The translations under genes and the position numbers were made by a program. A model generated the notes under the pieces. The model made no database searches. It had not been told where the DNA came from and worked only from the letters and a program-made list of their open reading frames with translations. From assembly GCA_963716815.1 (NCBI GenBank), contig CAVQUM010000010.1, forward strand, positions 32,299-96,298: a stretch of 64,000 nt of DNA, given 5' to 3'. This document shows, in pieces, positions 30,412-41,216 of the stretch (within the stretch, counting starts at the first letter, position 1; every line of letters starts with the position of its first letter). Source of the stretch: an uncultured Chloroflexia bacterium (lineage in GTDB: Bacteria > Chloroflexota > Limnocylindria > Limnocylindrales > CSP1-4).

Positions 30412-31070
30412 CCTCGGGCCACGTCCTGGCCATCGACACCTCCACTCGCACCAGCCTGGTGGCGGTCGGTGACGGGGAGCCGCGCGCGGTGAGCCGGCGG
30501 GAGGTGCAGCACCGCCACGGCTCCCACGTGCTCGAACAGATCGACGAGGTGCTGGCCGGGGCCGGCCTCTCGCTCGCGGACGTGAGCGGCCTCGTGGTCG
30601 GTACCGGACCGGGCTCGTTCACCGGCTTGCGCGTGGGCTTGGCCACGGCCAAGACGGTCGCCTACGCGCGCTCGCTGTCGCTGGTAGGGGTGCGCTCGTC
30701 GGACGCGTTGCGCCACGCGAGCGGCCTCGAGGACGCGGCCGTGGTGCTGCCCGCGGGTGCGCGCGACCACTACCTCGCACGCCCCGGCGTCGATCCCGTG
30801 CTCATCGCGCCTGGCGACCTGGCCGCGGCCATCGGCGCGGGGCCCATACTGGCGGTGGACCTGCCTGCGGACGTGCTCGGCGAGGAGGCGGTCGCTCGCG
30901 GCAGCGCCGCGGTCGCGGCCATGCCTGCGTCGTTGCTGGCCCTGGCACAGGCGCGTCTGGGCGCCGGCGAGATCGACGACGTGGCCGAACTGACCCCCGC
31001 CTACGTGGCCCTGCCGCGGGGGGTGATGCGCGCAGCGGAGGACCTGGGATGGTCGCCCGACCTCCGCTGA
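30408..31070 (+). CDS. tsaB: tRNA t6A biosynthesis protein TsaB (inactive Kae1/Gcp homolog)
   Basis: MTSGHVLAIDTSTRTSLVAVG...GTGPGSFTGLRVGLATAK. ATGA overlap with tsaE. Confidence 0.85.
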   Translation: MTSGHVLAIDTSTRTSLVAVGDGEPRAVSRREVQHRHGSHVLEQIDEVLAGAGLSLADVSGLVVGTGPGSFTGLRVGLATAKTVAYARSLSLVGVRSSDALRHASGLEDAAVVLPAGARDHYLARPGVDPVLIAPGDLAAAIGAGPILAVDLPADVLGEEAVARGSAAVAAMPASLLALAQARLGAGEIDDVAELTPAYVALPRGVMRAAEDLGWSPDLR

Positions 31071-31633
31071 GGCTGGCGGTCACGGAGATGACGCCCGGCG
31101 ACATCCCTGCCGTGCACGCCATCGAGAGCGCCTCCTTCCCCACACCCTGGCCGCCCTACGCCTTCCGCGAGGAGATCGAGACCAACCGCATGGCGCGCTA
31201 CCTGGTGGTGCGAGCCGGGCAGCGCGTCATCGGCTACGCCGGCGTCTGGCTCATGGTCGACGAGGCGCACGTGACCACCTTCGCGGTCTTGCCGGCCTAC
31301 CGTCGCCGCGGCATCGGCGGCCTGCTGCTGTGCGAGCTGATGGCCATGTCGGCCGACCTCGGGGCGGCCGTGTGCACGCTGGAGGTGCGCCTCGGCAATG
31401 CCGCTGCCCGCCGGCTCTACGGCGAGTTCGGCTTCAAGCCTGTGGGCGTGCGTCCACGCTACTACTCGGACAACGGCGAGGACGCCCTGATCATGACCAC
31501 CGATCGTCTCGCCTCGCCGGAGATGGAGCGCCTGCTGGCGCACAAGACCGCGCGCTACGTACTCGACGTGCTCGTCGACGACCCCGGCTACGTGCCCGAT
31601 CCCGACGACCCACCGGAGGTGCTCGACGCATGA
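31049..31633 (+). CDS. rimI: Ribosomal-protein-alanine N-acetyltransferase (GNAT)
   Basis: GNAT motifs (...VLPAYRRRGIGGLLL...) between tsaB and tsaD. The exact start is uncertain (31049 or ATG 31088). Confidence 0.8.
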   Translation: MVARPPLRLAVTEMTPGDIPAVHAIESASFPTPWPPYAFREEIETNRMARYLVVRAGQRVIGYAGVWLMVDEAHVTTFAVLPAYRRRGIGGLLLCELMAMSADLGAAVCTLEVRLGNAAARRLYGEFGFKPVGVRPRYYSDNGEDALIMTTDRLASPEMERLLAHKTARYVLDVLVDDPGYVPDPDDPPEVLDA

Positions 31634-32697
31634 GCAGCGGACGCATCCTCTCGGTCGAGTCCTCGTGTGACGAGACCGCCGTGGCGGTGGTCGAGGGCGG
31701 CCGCCGTATCGTGGCCAGCGTCATCGCCAGCCAGGTGCAGCTGCACTCGGCGACCGGAGGCATCGTGCCCGAGGTCGCCGCGCGGGCGCACCTGCGCTGG
31801 ATGATTCCGGTGCTCGACGAGGCTCGCGAACGCGCGGGCATCGAGGATTGGAGCGAGCTCGAGGCGGTAGCCGTGACCGAAGGGCCGGGCCTGGCCGGCT
31901 CGCTGCTGGTGGGCATCACCATGGCCAAGACGCTGGCCTGGAGCCTGGACCTGCCGCTGGTGCCGGTGAACCATCTGGAGGGTCACATCTACGCGGCCTG
32001 GCTGCTCGACCCCGACGAGGACGAGAGGCCCGCGCCCGAGTTTCCGCTCGTGGCCCTGGTCGTAAGTGGCGGCCACACCTTCATCGTGGAGATGGGGGAC
32101 CACCTCAGCTACCGGCTGCTGGGCCAGACGGTCGACGATGCCGCGGGCGAGGCCTTCGACAAGGTCGGCCGGCTGCTGGGTCTCTCGTACCCCGGCGGTC
32201 CGGCCATCATGAAGGCCGCCGCGGGCGCGACCGCCCACGACCGCCGCTTCCCGCGGGCCTGGATGGGCGAGTCCTACGACTTCTCGTTCTCGGGCCTGAA
32301 GACCGCGGCGCGGCACGAGGTCGCCGCGGCCCTGGCCCTGCCCCAGGGGACCCGCGAGATCGATGGTTCGGCGCTCAGCGAGGCGGACGTGGCCGAACTG
32401 GCCTGGGCCTTCCAGGAATTGGTCGTGGACGTGCTCTCGACCAAGCTGCTGCGTGCAGCGCGCGAGACCGGCGCGCGGTCGATCATCCTCGGTGGCGGCG
32501 TCGCCGCCAACGGCGTCCTGCGTGAGCGCATCGAAGCGGGTGCCCGCGGCCTGGGCGTTCCGCTGGTGGTACCGCGCCCCGGGCTGTGCACCGACAACGC
32601 GGCCATGATCGGGGCGGCCGGCTACCACCGCCATCTCGCCGGCGCCCGTGCCGACCGCTCGCTCGACGCGCGACCTTCGTTGAAGCTGGCCGTCTGA
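31630..32697 (+). CDS. tsaD: tRNA N6-adenosine threonylcarbamoyltransferase TsaD (Kae1/Gcp)
   Basis: MSSGRILSVESSCDETAVAVVEGG...HLEGHIYAA...GGVAANGVLRE. ATGA overlap with rimI. Confidence 0.9.
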   Translation: MSSGRILSVESSCDETAVAVVEGGRRIVASVIASQVQLHSATGGIVPEVAARAHLRWMIPVLDEARERAGIEDWSELEAVAVTEGPGLAGSLLVGITMAKTLAWSLDLPLVPVNHLEGHIYAAWLLDPDEDERPAPEFPLVALVVSGGHTFIVEMGDHLSYRLLGQTVDDAAGEAFDKVGRLLGLSYPGGPAIMKAAAGATAHDRRFPRAWMGESYDFSFSGLKTAARHEVAAALALPQGTREIDGSALSEADVAELAWAFQELVVDVLSTKLLRAARETGARSIILGGGVAANGVLRERIEAGARGLGVPLVVPRPGLCTDNAAMIGAAGYHRHLAGARADRSLDARPSLKLAV

Positions 32698-32699
32698 AC

Positions 32700-33563
32700 G
32701 TGGCGCGGGACGTGGCTGAGCTGGATCCCGCGCATCTGGGCCCCGAGGCGGTCGAGCGCTACCTGCGCCACCACGGGCTGGGCGCGCGCAAGTCGCTCTC
32801 CCAGAACCATCTGGCCGACGGACAGGTCCTCGAACGGATCATCGAGGTCGCCGCGGTGCAGCCAGGGGAGCGGGTCGTGGAGGTCGGGCCAGGCGTGGGC
32901 ATCCTCACCGCCCAGCTGCTCGCGGCCGGCGCGCAGGTCACCGCTGTCGAGCTCGACTTCCGCCTGGCCGGGCACCTGCGCCAGCGCTTCATCGACGAGC
33001 CCGGCCTGACCCTGGTCGAGCGCGACTTCCTCGACACCGACGTGAGCGAGGTCGCGGCCGACCCGTGGGCGCTGGTGGCCAACGTGCCCTACCACATCAC
33101 CAGCCCCATCCTGCACCACGTCCTGGGCGCCGAGCCGCGGCCGCGGCGCTTCGTGATGATGGTCCAGAAGGAGGTGGCCGAGCGCGTCGCCTCGCCCCCT
33201 GGCGGCATGAGCTATCTCTCGGTCTTCGTCCAGTACCACGCGGACGTGGAGCTGGCCTTCGGTGTGCCAGCCACGGCCTTCGAGCCGGCGCCGGAGGTCG
33301 ACTCGGCGGTGCTCGTGGGCATCACACGGGAGCGGCGCCTCGATGAGCAGGACGAGGACGAGCTGTGGCGCCTGGTGCAGGCGGGGTTCCGCGAGCGGCG
33401 CAAGATGATCCACAACGTGCTCGCGCGCCAGCTGGCGGGCCTCGCCCGGGAGCGCGTGGGCGCAGCCCTCGAGGCCTGCGGCATCGAGCCCGACCGACGA
33501 CCGCAGACGCTCTCGGTGGAGGAGTGGCTGGCCCTGCGTGCCGCGCTCACGCCGCTGCCGTGA
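32700..33563 (+). CDS. rsmA: 16S rRNA (adenine1518/1519-N6)-dimethyltransferase
   Basis: ...SLSQNHLADGQVLERIIEVAAVQPGERVVEVGPGVGILTAQLL...NVPYHITSP... are KsgA motifs. The start (GTG 32700 or 32712) is approximate. Confidence 0.85.
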   Translation: MARDVAELDPAHLGPEAVERYLRHHGLGARKSLSQNHLADGQVLERIIEVAAVQPGERVVEVGPGVGILTAQLLAAGAQVTAVELDFRLAGHLRQRFIDEPGLTLVERDFLDTDVSEVAADPWALVANVPYHITSPILHHVLGAEPRPRRFVMMVQKEVAERVASPPGGMSYLSVFVQYHADVELAFGVPATAFEPAPEVDSAVLVGITRERRLDEQDEDELWRLVQAGFRERRKMIHNVLARQLAGLARERVGAALEACGIEPDRRPQTLSVEEWLALRAALTPLP

Positions 33564-34498
33564 GTGCACGGACGGCCAACGCGCACGCCAAGATCAACCT
33601 CGCGCTCGCGGTCACCGGCGTGCGCGACGACGGCTACCACACGCTGCGATCGGTCTTCCTGCGGCTGGAGCTGCACGACCGCCTGGCGGTCGAGCCCGAC
33701 GCCCACGCCGAGATCGACACCCTCGCCGTCGATGGTGAGCTGGAGGCGAGCGACGACAACCTCGTGCTCACGGCCGCCCGTCAGCTGCGGGCCGCGCTCG
33801 ACCCGTCCCTGCCGGCACTCGGCTTCCAGCTGCGCAAGCGCATCCCGGCCGCAGCGGGCCTGGGCGGCGGCAGCGCCGATGCCGCCGCCGCCATCGACCT
33901 GGCCCTGGCCGCCTGGGGCGTGCGGCTCCATCCGGTGGAACGGCTCGCCGCCGCGGCGCGCATCGGGGCCGATGTGCCTTTCTTCAGCGCTGGCCATCCG
34001 GCCGCGCTCGTCAGTGGCATCGGCGAGCACATCGTGCCGCTGCCAGCCCCGCAGCCGCCCGCCGGGGTCGTGCTCATCACGCCGCACCAGCGGCTCTCGA
34101 CCGCGGACGTGTTCGCCGAGTACGACCGCACCGCCGAGGTCGATCGCGACACCGGCACCGGCGCGCTCGACCGCGTCGATGAGGTCGCCGGCCTGCTGCG
34201 CGAGCGTGTCGACGGGCTGACGCTCGCGGCCACCACCGCGGCGCTGCGCGAGGCCAACGACCTGTGGGCACCGGCGCTGCGCCTGAGCCCCACGTTGGCC
34301 GCCGCGCGCGCGGCGGCCGCGGAGATCCTGGGCCGGGCCGTGTTGCTGACCGGCTCCGGGCCGACGCTGGCGGCGCTCTATCCTTCGGAGGGCGCGGCCA
34401 TTCGGGCGGCGGTGTCGTTGCAGGCAGCGGGCGCGCCAGCGCTCGATGGCGCCATCATCATGACCACGTCCACCAGCGAAAGAGGAGAAGATCGGTGA
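33560..34498 (+). CDS. ispE: 4-diphosphocytidyl-2-C-methyl-D-erythritol kinase
   Basis: ...AHAKINLALAVTGVRDDGYH...PAAAGLGGGSADAAAAI... is the GHMP-kinase motif. GTGA overlap with rsmA. rsmA-ispE adjacency is typical of Actinobacteria. Confidence 0.85.
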   Translation: MSARTANAHAKINLALAVTGVRDDGYHTLRSVFLRLELHDRLAVEPDAHAEIDTLAVDGELEASDDNLVLTAARQLRAALDPSLPALGFQLRKRIPAAAGLGGGSADAAAAIDLALAAWGVRLHPVERLAAAARIGADVPFFSAGHPAALVSGIGEHIVPLPAPQPPAGVVLITPHQRLSTADVFAEYDRTAEVDRDTGTGALDRVDEVAGLLRERVDGLTLAATTAALREANDLWAPALRLSPTLAAARAAAAEILGRAVLLTGSGPTLAALYPSEGAAIRAAVSLQAAGAPALDGAIIMTTSTSERGEDR

Positions 34499-34875
34499 AG
34501 CAACGGATCCAGACGGGCCGGGCGCCGGACGCCATCGGTCCCTACAGCCAGGCCATCGTCACCGACACGCTCGTCTTCTGCTCCGGGCAGGGTCCCATGG
34601 ACCCCGAGACCAACACGCTCGTCGAGGGCGACGTGGCCGTCCAGACCGAGCGCACGATGAAGAACATCGAGGCGCTGCTCGACGAGATGGGCCTCGACTT
34701 CGGCGACGTCGTGAAGTCGACCTGCTACCTCGCGGACATGGATGACTTCAAGGCCTTCAACGAGGTCTATGGCTCGTTCATGCCGCAGCCGTACCCGGCG
34801 CGCACGACCATCCAGGCCGCTCGCCTGCCACTCGATATCCTCGTCGAGATCGAGGTCATCGCCCAGAAGCGCTAG
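34495..34875 (+). CDS. ridA: RidA/YjgF family reactive-intermediate deaminase
   Basis: 126 aa, VKQRIQTGRAPDAIGPYSQAIVTDTLVFCSGQ... GTGA overlap with ispE. Confidence 0.85.
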   Translation: MKQRIQTGRAPDAIGPYSQAIVTDTLVFCSGQGPMDPETNTLVEGDVAVQTERTMKNIEALLDEMGLDFGDVVKSTCYLADMDDFKAFNEVYGSFMPQPYPARTTIQAARLPLDILVEIEVIAQKR

Positions 34876-34949
34876 GCCGGCAGCCCCGATCGCGGTGCTG
34901 CACTGCTGGCCGGCGTGCTCTGGCTCCATGCCGCGGGCAAGGAGACCGT

Positions 34950-34979
34950 TTGACACCCGGGCCGCGCGACCCCTAGATT
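34950..34979 (+). promoter_or_regulatory. Candidate sigma-70-type promoter TTGACA-N18-TAGATT upstream of glmU
   Basis: ttgaca at 34950-34955 and tagatt at 34974-34979, in the 159-nt ridA-glmU gap. Confidence 0.4.
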
Positions 34980-35034
34980 CAATCCACCTGATGCCCGAAC
35001 AACCTCCATCAGCGAAGGGCGGTAGCGCCGCTTC

Positions 35035-36489
35035 GTGAACAACCACCAAGCCCAGCCCCAGAGAGCGGTCGTGATGGCCGCGGGGCTCGGCACTCGAATG
35101 CGTTCGAGCACTCCCAAGGTGCTCCACCCCCTCTGCGGCCGCCCCGTGCTGGCCTATGTCCTCGATGCCGCCGTGGCCGCCACCGGTGCCCGACCTCTCG
35201 TGGTCATCTCCCCGCCCGTGGCCCAGATCGCGGATGTCTTCGCGGGCCAGGCCGACTTCTCCATCCAGGCCGAGCCGCGAGGCACGGCCGACGCGGTCGC
35301 CACCGCCCTGCGCGACCTGCCGGCCGATGTGTCGGAGATCATCGTGCTCAGCGGCGATGTGCCGCTGGTCGATCCCGCGCTCATGGCTGAGCTGGCGCAG
35401 GGCCGGCGGGACACCGACGCGGCGGTCGCGCTCATCAGCGTGGACATGGACGATCCAGCCACCCTGGGGCGCGTGGACCGTGGCCCCGACGGCCGCATCA
35501 CCGGCGTGGTCGAGTACCAGGACGCCACCCCGGACCAGCGGCAGATCAGCGAGATCAACTCCGGGCTCTACGCCTTCGACGCCGATTGGCTGCGCACCCG
35601 CATCGGCGACGTCGAGCCCAGCCCGGTCACCGGTGAGCTCTACCTGCCTGCGCTCATCCCGCTCGCGCGTGCCGACGACCGCCCCGTGGCCACGCTCGAG
35701 GTCGAGGACGACGGCACGTTGCTGGGCATCAACGACCGGACCCAGCTGGCCGATGCCGAGCTGGAGATGCGCCTGCGCATCAACGAGGCCCACATGCGTG
35801 CGGGCGTGACCATGCAGGACCCGGCCACGACCTACATCGACGCCACCGTCGAGATCGCCGAGGACGTGACGCTGGAGCCCAACGTCTACCTGCGCGGCCA
35901 GACGATCATCGAGCGCGGCGCGGTCGTCCGCTCCGGCTCGCAGATCTTCGATTGCCGCATCGGGGAGCGCACCGTGGTCTGGGCCAGCGTGCTCGAGGAC
36001 TCGACCGTGGAGGAGGACGTCACCATCGGCCCCTTCAGCCACGTGCGCAAGGGCGCCTGGATCGGCCCGGACGTGGAGCTGGGCAACTACGCCGAGGTCA
36101 AGAACAGCAACATCGGCGCGGGCACCAAGAGCCACCACTTCAGCTATCTCGGCGACGCCGACGTGGGCGAGAAGGTCAATATCGGGGCCGGTTCCATCAC
36201 CGCCAACTACGACGGGCGGGACAAGCACCGCACCACCATCGGCAAGGGCGCCTTCATCGGCTCCGACACCATCTTGCGGGCGCCGGTCAGCGTGGGTGAG
36301 GGCGCCTTCACCGGGGCCGCCTCGCTCGTGACCAGGGACGTGCCCGCCGGCAAGATGGCCGTCGGCGTGCCCGCGCGCATCCGTACCCGCAAGCGAGGAC
36401 CGGAGATGGAAGCGCCGGCCGAGTCCGAGGTGCCAGCCACGGCCGCCGACGATGACCCGGCGTGCGCGGAGGACGCCCTGGACCGCTGA
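35035..36489 (+). CDS. glmU: Bifunctional UDP-N-acetylglucosamine pyrophosphorylase / glucosamine-1-phosphate N-acetyltransferase
   Basis: N-terminal ...VVMAAGLGTRMRSSTPKVLH..., C-terminal left-handed beta-helix hexapeptide repeats, and an Ala/Asp tail. Confidence 0.9.
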   Translation: MNNHQAQPQRAVVMAAGLGTRMRSSTPKVLHPLCGRPVLAYVLDAAVAATGARPLVVISPPVAQIADVFAGQADFSIQAEPRGTADAVATALRDLPADVSEIIVLSGDVPLVDPALMAELAQGRRDTDAAVALISVDMDDPATLGRVDRGPDGRITGVVEYQDATPDQRQISEINSGLYAFDADWLRTRIGDVEPSPVTGELYLPALIPLARADDRPVATLEVEDDGTLLGINDRTQLADAELEMRLRINEAHMRAGVTMQDPATTYIDATVEIAEDVTLEPNVYLRGQTIIERGAVVRSGSQIFDCRIGERTVVWASVLEDSTVEEDVTIGPFSHVRKGAWIGPDVELGNYAEVKNSNIGAGTKSHHFSYLGDADVGEKVNIGAGSITANYDGRDKHRTTIGKGAFIGSDTILRAPVSVGEGAFTGAASLVTRDVPAGKMAVGVPARIRTRKRGPEMEAPAESEVPATAADDDPACAEDALDR

Positions 36490-37817
36490 TGGGCTTCCTC
36501 TTCGAACTGTTCGTCATCGCCCTCCTGATCGTCGTCAATGGCGTCTTCGTGGCCGCCGAGATCGCGCTCGTGACCGTGCGCCGCAGCCGCATGCGCCAGC
36601 TCAGCGACGAGGGCGACACGCGTGCGACCCGGGTCACGCACATGACCGAGAAGCCGGCGGGCCTGCTGGCCACGATCCAGCTGGGCATCACCTTCATCGG
36701 CTTCCTCGCCGCCGCCTTCGCCGGCGCCAGCATCGCCGGCCAGCTCGCAGCGTGGCTGCGCGACCTGGGCCTCGCCGGCTCGGCCGACGTCGTCGCCCTG
36801 CTCGTCGTCACGCTCTTCGTCAGCCTCGTGACCATCGTCTTCGGCGAGCTCGTGCCCAAGACGCTGGCCATCGCCCACGCCGAACGCTACGCACTGATGT
36901 TCGTCCGTCCGGTCGAGATCCTCGGACGCATCCTCGCGCCGCTGATCTGGCTGTTGACCGCGGTCACGCACGCGGTGACGCGTCTGCTGGGTGTGCGTGA
37001 TGTGAGTAGCGACGACGCCATCAGCAGCGAGGAACTGCTCATCCTCGTCGAACGCGGCTCGGAGCAGGGCACCTTCGAGGCCGAGGAGGAGCAGATGATC
37101 GGCGGCGTGCTCGAGCTGGGAGAGCAGCGGGCCCACGAAGTCATGGTCGCGCGCGTGGACATGGTCACGCTCGAGGCCGACGCCTCGCTCGATGAGATCG
37201 TCAACCTCATCGTGGGCGAGGGCCACTCCCGCATCCCCGTCTACGAGGACAACATCGACAACGTCATCGGTATGCTCTATGCCAAGGATCTGCTGCCCTA
37301 CCTCGTGGGCGAGGATCGCCCGCCGTCGGTGCGCGCGCTGCTGCGCACGCCCCTGTTCGTGCCCGAATCGATGCTCGTGGACGACCTGCTGCGCAGCCTG
37401 CAACGGCGCCGCGTGCACATCGCCATCGTGCTCGACGAGCACGGCGGCACGGCCGGCCTGGTGACCATCGAGGACTTGCTCGAGGAGATCGTGGGCGAGA
37501 TCCAGGACGAGTACGACGAAGAGGAGCCCATGATCGTGCCCCTCGGCGACCACGAAGCGCGCATCGACGGACGGGCCGACGTGGACGACATGCTCGAGCA
37601 CTTCGATACCGCCCTCGCCGGCGATGACCAGGAGGAGTTCGATACGGTCGGCGGGCTGGTCTACCACCACATCGGCGGCGTGCCGGCCGTGGGTGACGCG
37701 GTCGAGGTCGACGGGCTGCGCATCACCGTGGAGGCGACCGACGGCCGCCGCGTGCGCACGGTCCACGTGCCGGCACACGCGGACCGCACCGGACAGCGGG
37801 AGGAGGCCGCAGGCTAG
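36489..37817 (+). CDS. HlyC/CorC family transporter (DUF21 membrane domain + CBS pair + CorC_HlyC C-terminal domain)
   Basis: MGFLFELFVIALLIVVNGVFVAAEIALV... is the DUF21 domain, then CBS domains, then ...GDAVEVDGLRITVEATDGRRVRTVHV is the transporter-associated domain. The ATG overlaps the glmU stop by 1 nt. Confidence 0.8.
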   Translation: MGFLFELFVIALLIVVNGVFVAAEIALVTVRRSRMRQLSDEGDTRATRVTHMTEKPAGLLATIQLGITFIGFLAAAFAGASIAGQLAAWLRDLGLAGSADVVALLVVTLFVSLVTIVFGELVPKTLAIAHAERYALMFVRPVEILGRILAPLIWLLTAVTHAVTRLLGVRDVSSDDAISSEELLILVERGSEQGTFEAEEEQMIGGVLELGEQRAHEVMVARVDMVTLEADASLDEIVNLIVGEGHSRIPVYEDNIDNVIGMLYAKDLLPYLVGEDRPPSVRALLRTPLFVPESMLVDDLLRSLQRRRVHIAIVLDEHGGTAGLVTIEDLLEEIVGEIQDEYDEEEPMIVPLGDHEARIDGRADVDDMLEHFDTALAGDDQEEFDTVGGLVYHHIGGVPAVGDAVEVDGLRITVEATDGRRVRTVHVPAHADRTGQREEAAG

Positions 37818-37832
37818 GCCCGGACGCTGCCC

Positions 37833-38915
37833 CTAGGCGCTGATGACGCCGCGCACGACGCCGGCCAGCCGCTCCATCGACTCGCGGTCGACGGTGCCCA
37901 CCGAGTCGAGCTCGGCGAGGGCCCGGTCGCGGTACTCGCGCGCCTGTTCGCGCGTGTACTCCCTGGCACCGACACGCTCGAGGACCGCCTGCACCTGTGC
38001 CACTTCGGCGGGTGAGGGCTCGGTCTGGCTCTGGGCCAGCACGGCCTGCAGGCGCTCCCGGTCCTCGCCGGTCGCCTGGGCGAGGGCGTAGATCAACGGC
38101 AGCGTCTTCTTGCGCGTGGTGATGTCGGAGGTCTCCTTGCCGGTGGCCGCCGCGTCGCCCCAGATGCCGAGCAGGTCGTCGTTGAGCTGGAAGGCCAGGC
38201 CCAGCGCCCAGCCGAAGCGACGGTAGGCCGCGATGACCGACTCGTCGTCGGTCGCGAGCACGGCGCCGGCCTCGGCCGAGCCGGCGATGAGCGAGGCCGT
38301 CTTGCGGCCGATGAGGTCGAAGTAGTAGTCGACCGACTCCCACTCGTCGTGCTCGGAAGTCCAGATGTCCATGAACTGGCCCTCGCACAGCGCCAGGCAG
38401 GTCTCGTCGTAGAGGCGCATCAGGCGAAGCACCCGCGCGTCGTCGAAGCCCGCTTCCTGCAGGCGATAGAGGGCCATGCGGCTGAGCGTGAAGAGGGTGT
38501 CGCCGGCGTTGATGGCCTGGGCGGTGCCCCACACGGTCCACAGCGCGGGCCGGTGCCGGCGCTCGCTGCCGTGGTCTTCGATGTCGTCGTGGACGAGGCT
38601 GAAGTTGTGGCCCATCTCGACCGCCGCTGCGCCGGGCAGGGCCGCCGCGTGATCACCCGCGATCGACTGGTAGGCCAGCAGGCCGATGAGCGGGCGCATG
38701 CGCTTGCCGCGCGGAGCGTCGCTGTCGAGGCCCATGTGGTAGCGCACCATGCGGTACAGCTCGCGCGTGCGCTCGTCCTCGGCGCGCTCGATGACGCCGA
38801 GCATCTCCTGCTCGGTGTCGGCGATGAGGCGGTCGAGGTCGATGGCGGCCAGCACGGCGACATGATACCGCTCCGTAGCACATTCCCCGATGAAGCTGAG
38901 GTGACGGCGCGACAC
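37833..38915 (-). CDS. Polyprenyl (isoprenyl diphosphate) synthase family protein
   Basis: Asp-rich motifs LVHDDIEDH (FARM) and FQLNDDLLGIWGD (SARM). The true start may be the internal Met MLGVIERAEDE... (~38804). Confidence 0.8.
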   Translation of the reverse strand: MSRRHLSFIGECATERYHVAVLAAIDLDRLIADTEQEMLGVIERAEDERTRELYRMVRYHMGLDSDAPRGKRMRPLIGLLAYQSIAGDHAAALPGAAAVEMGHNFSLVHDDIEDHGSERRHRPALWTVWGTAQAINAGDTLFTLSRMALYRLQEAGFDDARVLRLMRLYDETCLALCEGQFMDIWTSEHDEWESVDYYFDLIGRKTASLIAGSAEAGAVLATDDESVIAAYRRFGWALGLAFQLNDDLLGIWGDAAATGKETSDITTRKKTLPLIYALAQATGEDRERLQAVLAQSQTEPSPAEVAQVQAVLERVGAREYTREQAREYRDRALAELDSVGTVDRESMERLAGVVRGVISA

Positions 38916-38944
38916 GGACCGCGGACCGCGATAGGCTCGGGGAC

Positions 38945-39712
38945 GTGCCCCGTCCCCGGACCTACAAGACCCGCGCCATCGTGCTGGCCCACTTCGACCT
39001 GGGCGAAGCCGACCGCATCATCACGCTGCTCACGCCCGAGGATGGCAAGATCCGCGCCGTGGTCAAGGGCGTGCGCAAGCCCAAGAGCCGGATCGGTGGC
39101 TCGGTCGAGCCCTTCGCCGAGCTGGAGGTACAGCTCGCGCGCGGGCGCAACCTCGACGTCATCACCCAGGTGAGCGTGGCCCACGCCTGGCTGCGCCTTC
39201 GTGACCGGCTCGAGTCGACCGCGGTCGCCTGGTACCTGGGCGAGCTGGCCGACCGCGCGGTGGAGGAGCGGGCAGGGGAACACCCCGTCTACGGCCTGCT
39301 GCGCCGTGGCTGCCAGCTGCTCGACGACGGCATGGATCCGGGGCGGGTGGCGCGCTGGTACGAATCCGGCCTGGCCGATGCACTGGGCGTGCGGCCGGAG
39401 CTCGATCGCTGCGTCGAGTGTGACCGCGTGCTCGAGGAGACGGACACCTTCCGCTGGGTGCCGGCGCTCGGCGGGGTGCTCTGTCAGCTGCATCCCGGGC
39501 CGCCCGCGGAGTCGGTACGCCTCTCACTCCCGGCGCTCAAGCTGCTCAAGGCCTACCGCCGCTTCGACGTCGAGGCCATCGCGGCCTTGCGCGTGGCACC
39601 GGAGACCGAAGCCGAGGTGGAGTCGGTGATGCGCCACTACACCCGCTTCATCCTCGAACGCGAGGCGCGTTCGCTCGCCTTCATCGACGAGGTCAGGCAG
39701 CCGGCCGACTGA
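38945..39712 (+). CDS. recO: DNA repair protein RecO
   Basis: ...[41 protein letters not shown]... is the OB fold. Zinc finger CVECDR...LCQLH. Confidence 0.85.
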   Translation: MPRPRTYKTRAIVLAHFDLGEADRIITLLTPEDGKIRAVVKGVRKPKSRIGGSVEPFAELEVQLARGRNLDVITQVSVAHAWLRLRDRLESTAVAWYLGELADRAVEERAGEHPVYGLLRRGCQLLDDGMDPGRVARWYESGLADALGVRPELDRCVECDRVLEETDTFRWVPALGGVLCQLHPGPPAESVRLSLPALKLLKAYRRFDVEAIAALRVAPETEAEVESVMRHYTRFILEREARSLAFIDEVRQPAD

Positions 39713-39791
39713 GTTCGCCCATCGGTGGCACGATACGAGGCCTACGACCGGCCATGCCACCGCCGGCGCCTCGCCCAGGGAGACCCCACAC

Positions 39792-41216
39792 GTGACCGAC
39801 CAGCCCAACCCCGCCACGCCCGAGGCCATCGATCCGGGCCCCTCCGTCGAGAAGCTCGAGACCATCGTCTCGCTGGCCAAGCGCCGCGGCTTCGTCTACC
39901 CCAGCTCGGAGATCTACGGCGGTATCAACGCCGTCTGGGACTACGGTCCTCTCGGCGTCGAGCTCAAGAACAACGTCAAGCGCGCGTGGTGGCGCTCGAT
40001 GATCCAGGAGCGCGACGACATCGTGGGGCTCGACGCAGGCATCCTCATGCACCCGCAGGTGTGGGTCACGTCGGGCCACGTGGGCTCGTTCAGCGATCCG
40101 CTCGTGGAGTGCGATAGCTGCCATCGTCGCTTCCGACTCGATGAGCTGCCCGGAGCGGAGGGGCTCAGCGCCACCGAGCTGCAGGACGAGGGCGTCGTCG
40201 AGCGGCTCGGCCTGGTCTGCCCCGTCGACCAGGGTCCGCTCTCGCCGCCACGGCGGTTCAACCTCATGTTCAAGACGCACATGGGCCCGGTCGAGGACGA
40301 GGGCGCGGTCATCTACCTGCGCCCCGAGACCGCGCAGGGCTCGTACGTCAACTTCAAGAACGTGCAGGTCTCGAGCCGCAAGAAGGTACCCTTCGGCATC
40401 GCCCAGATCGGCAAGTCCTTCCGCAACGAGATCAGCCCCGGCAACTTCGTCTTCCGCATGCGCGAGTTCGAGCAGATGGAGATGCAGTTCTTCGTGCGCC
40501 CCGGCGATCGGGCCGCGGAGGTCTTCGAGGAGTGGCTGCCCGCGCGCAAGGCCTGGTACGAGCGCTACGGCGTGACGCCCGCGCGACTGCGCTTCCGCGA
40601 GCACGCAGCGGACGAGCTGGCCCATTACGCGAAGAAGGCCATCGACGTCGAGTACCGCTTCCCCTTCGGCTGGAAGGAGCTCGAGGGCGTGCACAACCGC
40701 GGCGACTTCGACCTCGGTTCGCACGCGGTGGCCTCGGGCGAGAACCTCGAGTACTTCGATCCGACGGCGGAGGAGCACTTCATCCCCTGGGTCGTGGAGA
40801 CCGCCGCCGGCGCCGACCGCGCGGCCTTCACCTTCCTCATCGACAGCTATCACGAGGAGCAGCTGGAGAAGGGCACGCGCGTGGTGCTACGACTGCATCC
40901 CGAGATCGCGCCCTACAAGGTGGCCGTGCTGCCGCTGCTCAAGAAGCGGCCGGAGATCGTCGCGCTCTGCCACGCGATCAAGAGCGACCTGCAGAAGGAC
41001 GTCATGGCCGTCTACGACGACACCGCCGCCATCGGCAAGCTCTACCGGCGGCAGGACGAGATCGGCACGCCCTGGTGTGTGACCGTGGACGTCGACTCAC
41101 TCGAGGACGGCGCGGTCACCGTGCGCGACCGCGACACGATGACGCAGGAGCGGGTGCCGGTCGAGGGCGTGAAGCGACTCATCCTCGAGCGCATGGCGGC
41201 CGCCCGCGAAGGCTAG
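39792..41216 (+). CDS. glyQS: Glycine--tRNA ligase, dimeric alpha2 type
   Basis: 474 aa with class II motifs (...[25 protein letters not shown]...) and a C-terminal anticodon-binding domain. Confidence 0.9.
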   Translation: MTDQPNPATPEAIDPGPSVEKLETIVSLAKRRGFVYPSSEIYGGINAVWDYGPLGVELKNNVKRAWWRSMIQERDDIVGLDAGILMHPQVWVTSGHVGSFSDPLVECDSCHRRFRLDELPGAEGLSATELQDEGVVERLGLVCPVDQGPLSPPRRFNLMFKTHMGPVEDEGAVIYLRPETAQGSYVNFKNVQVSSRKKVPFGIAQIGKSFRNEISPGNFVFRMREFEQMEMQFFVRPGDRAAEVFEEWLPARKAWYERYGVTPARLRFREHAADELAHYAKKAIDVEYRFPFGWKELEGVHNRGDFDLGSHAVASGENLEYFDPTAEEHFIPWVVETAAGADRAAFTFLIDSYHEEQLEKGTRVVLRLHPEIAPYKVAVLPLLKKRPEIVALCHAIKSDLQKDVMAVYDDTAAIGKLYRRQDEIGTPWCVTVDVDSLEDGAVTVRDRDTMTQERVPVEGVKRLILERMAAAREG

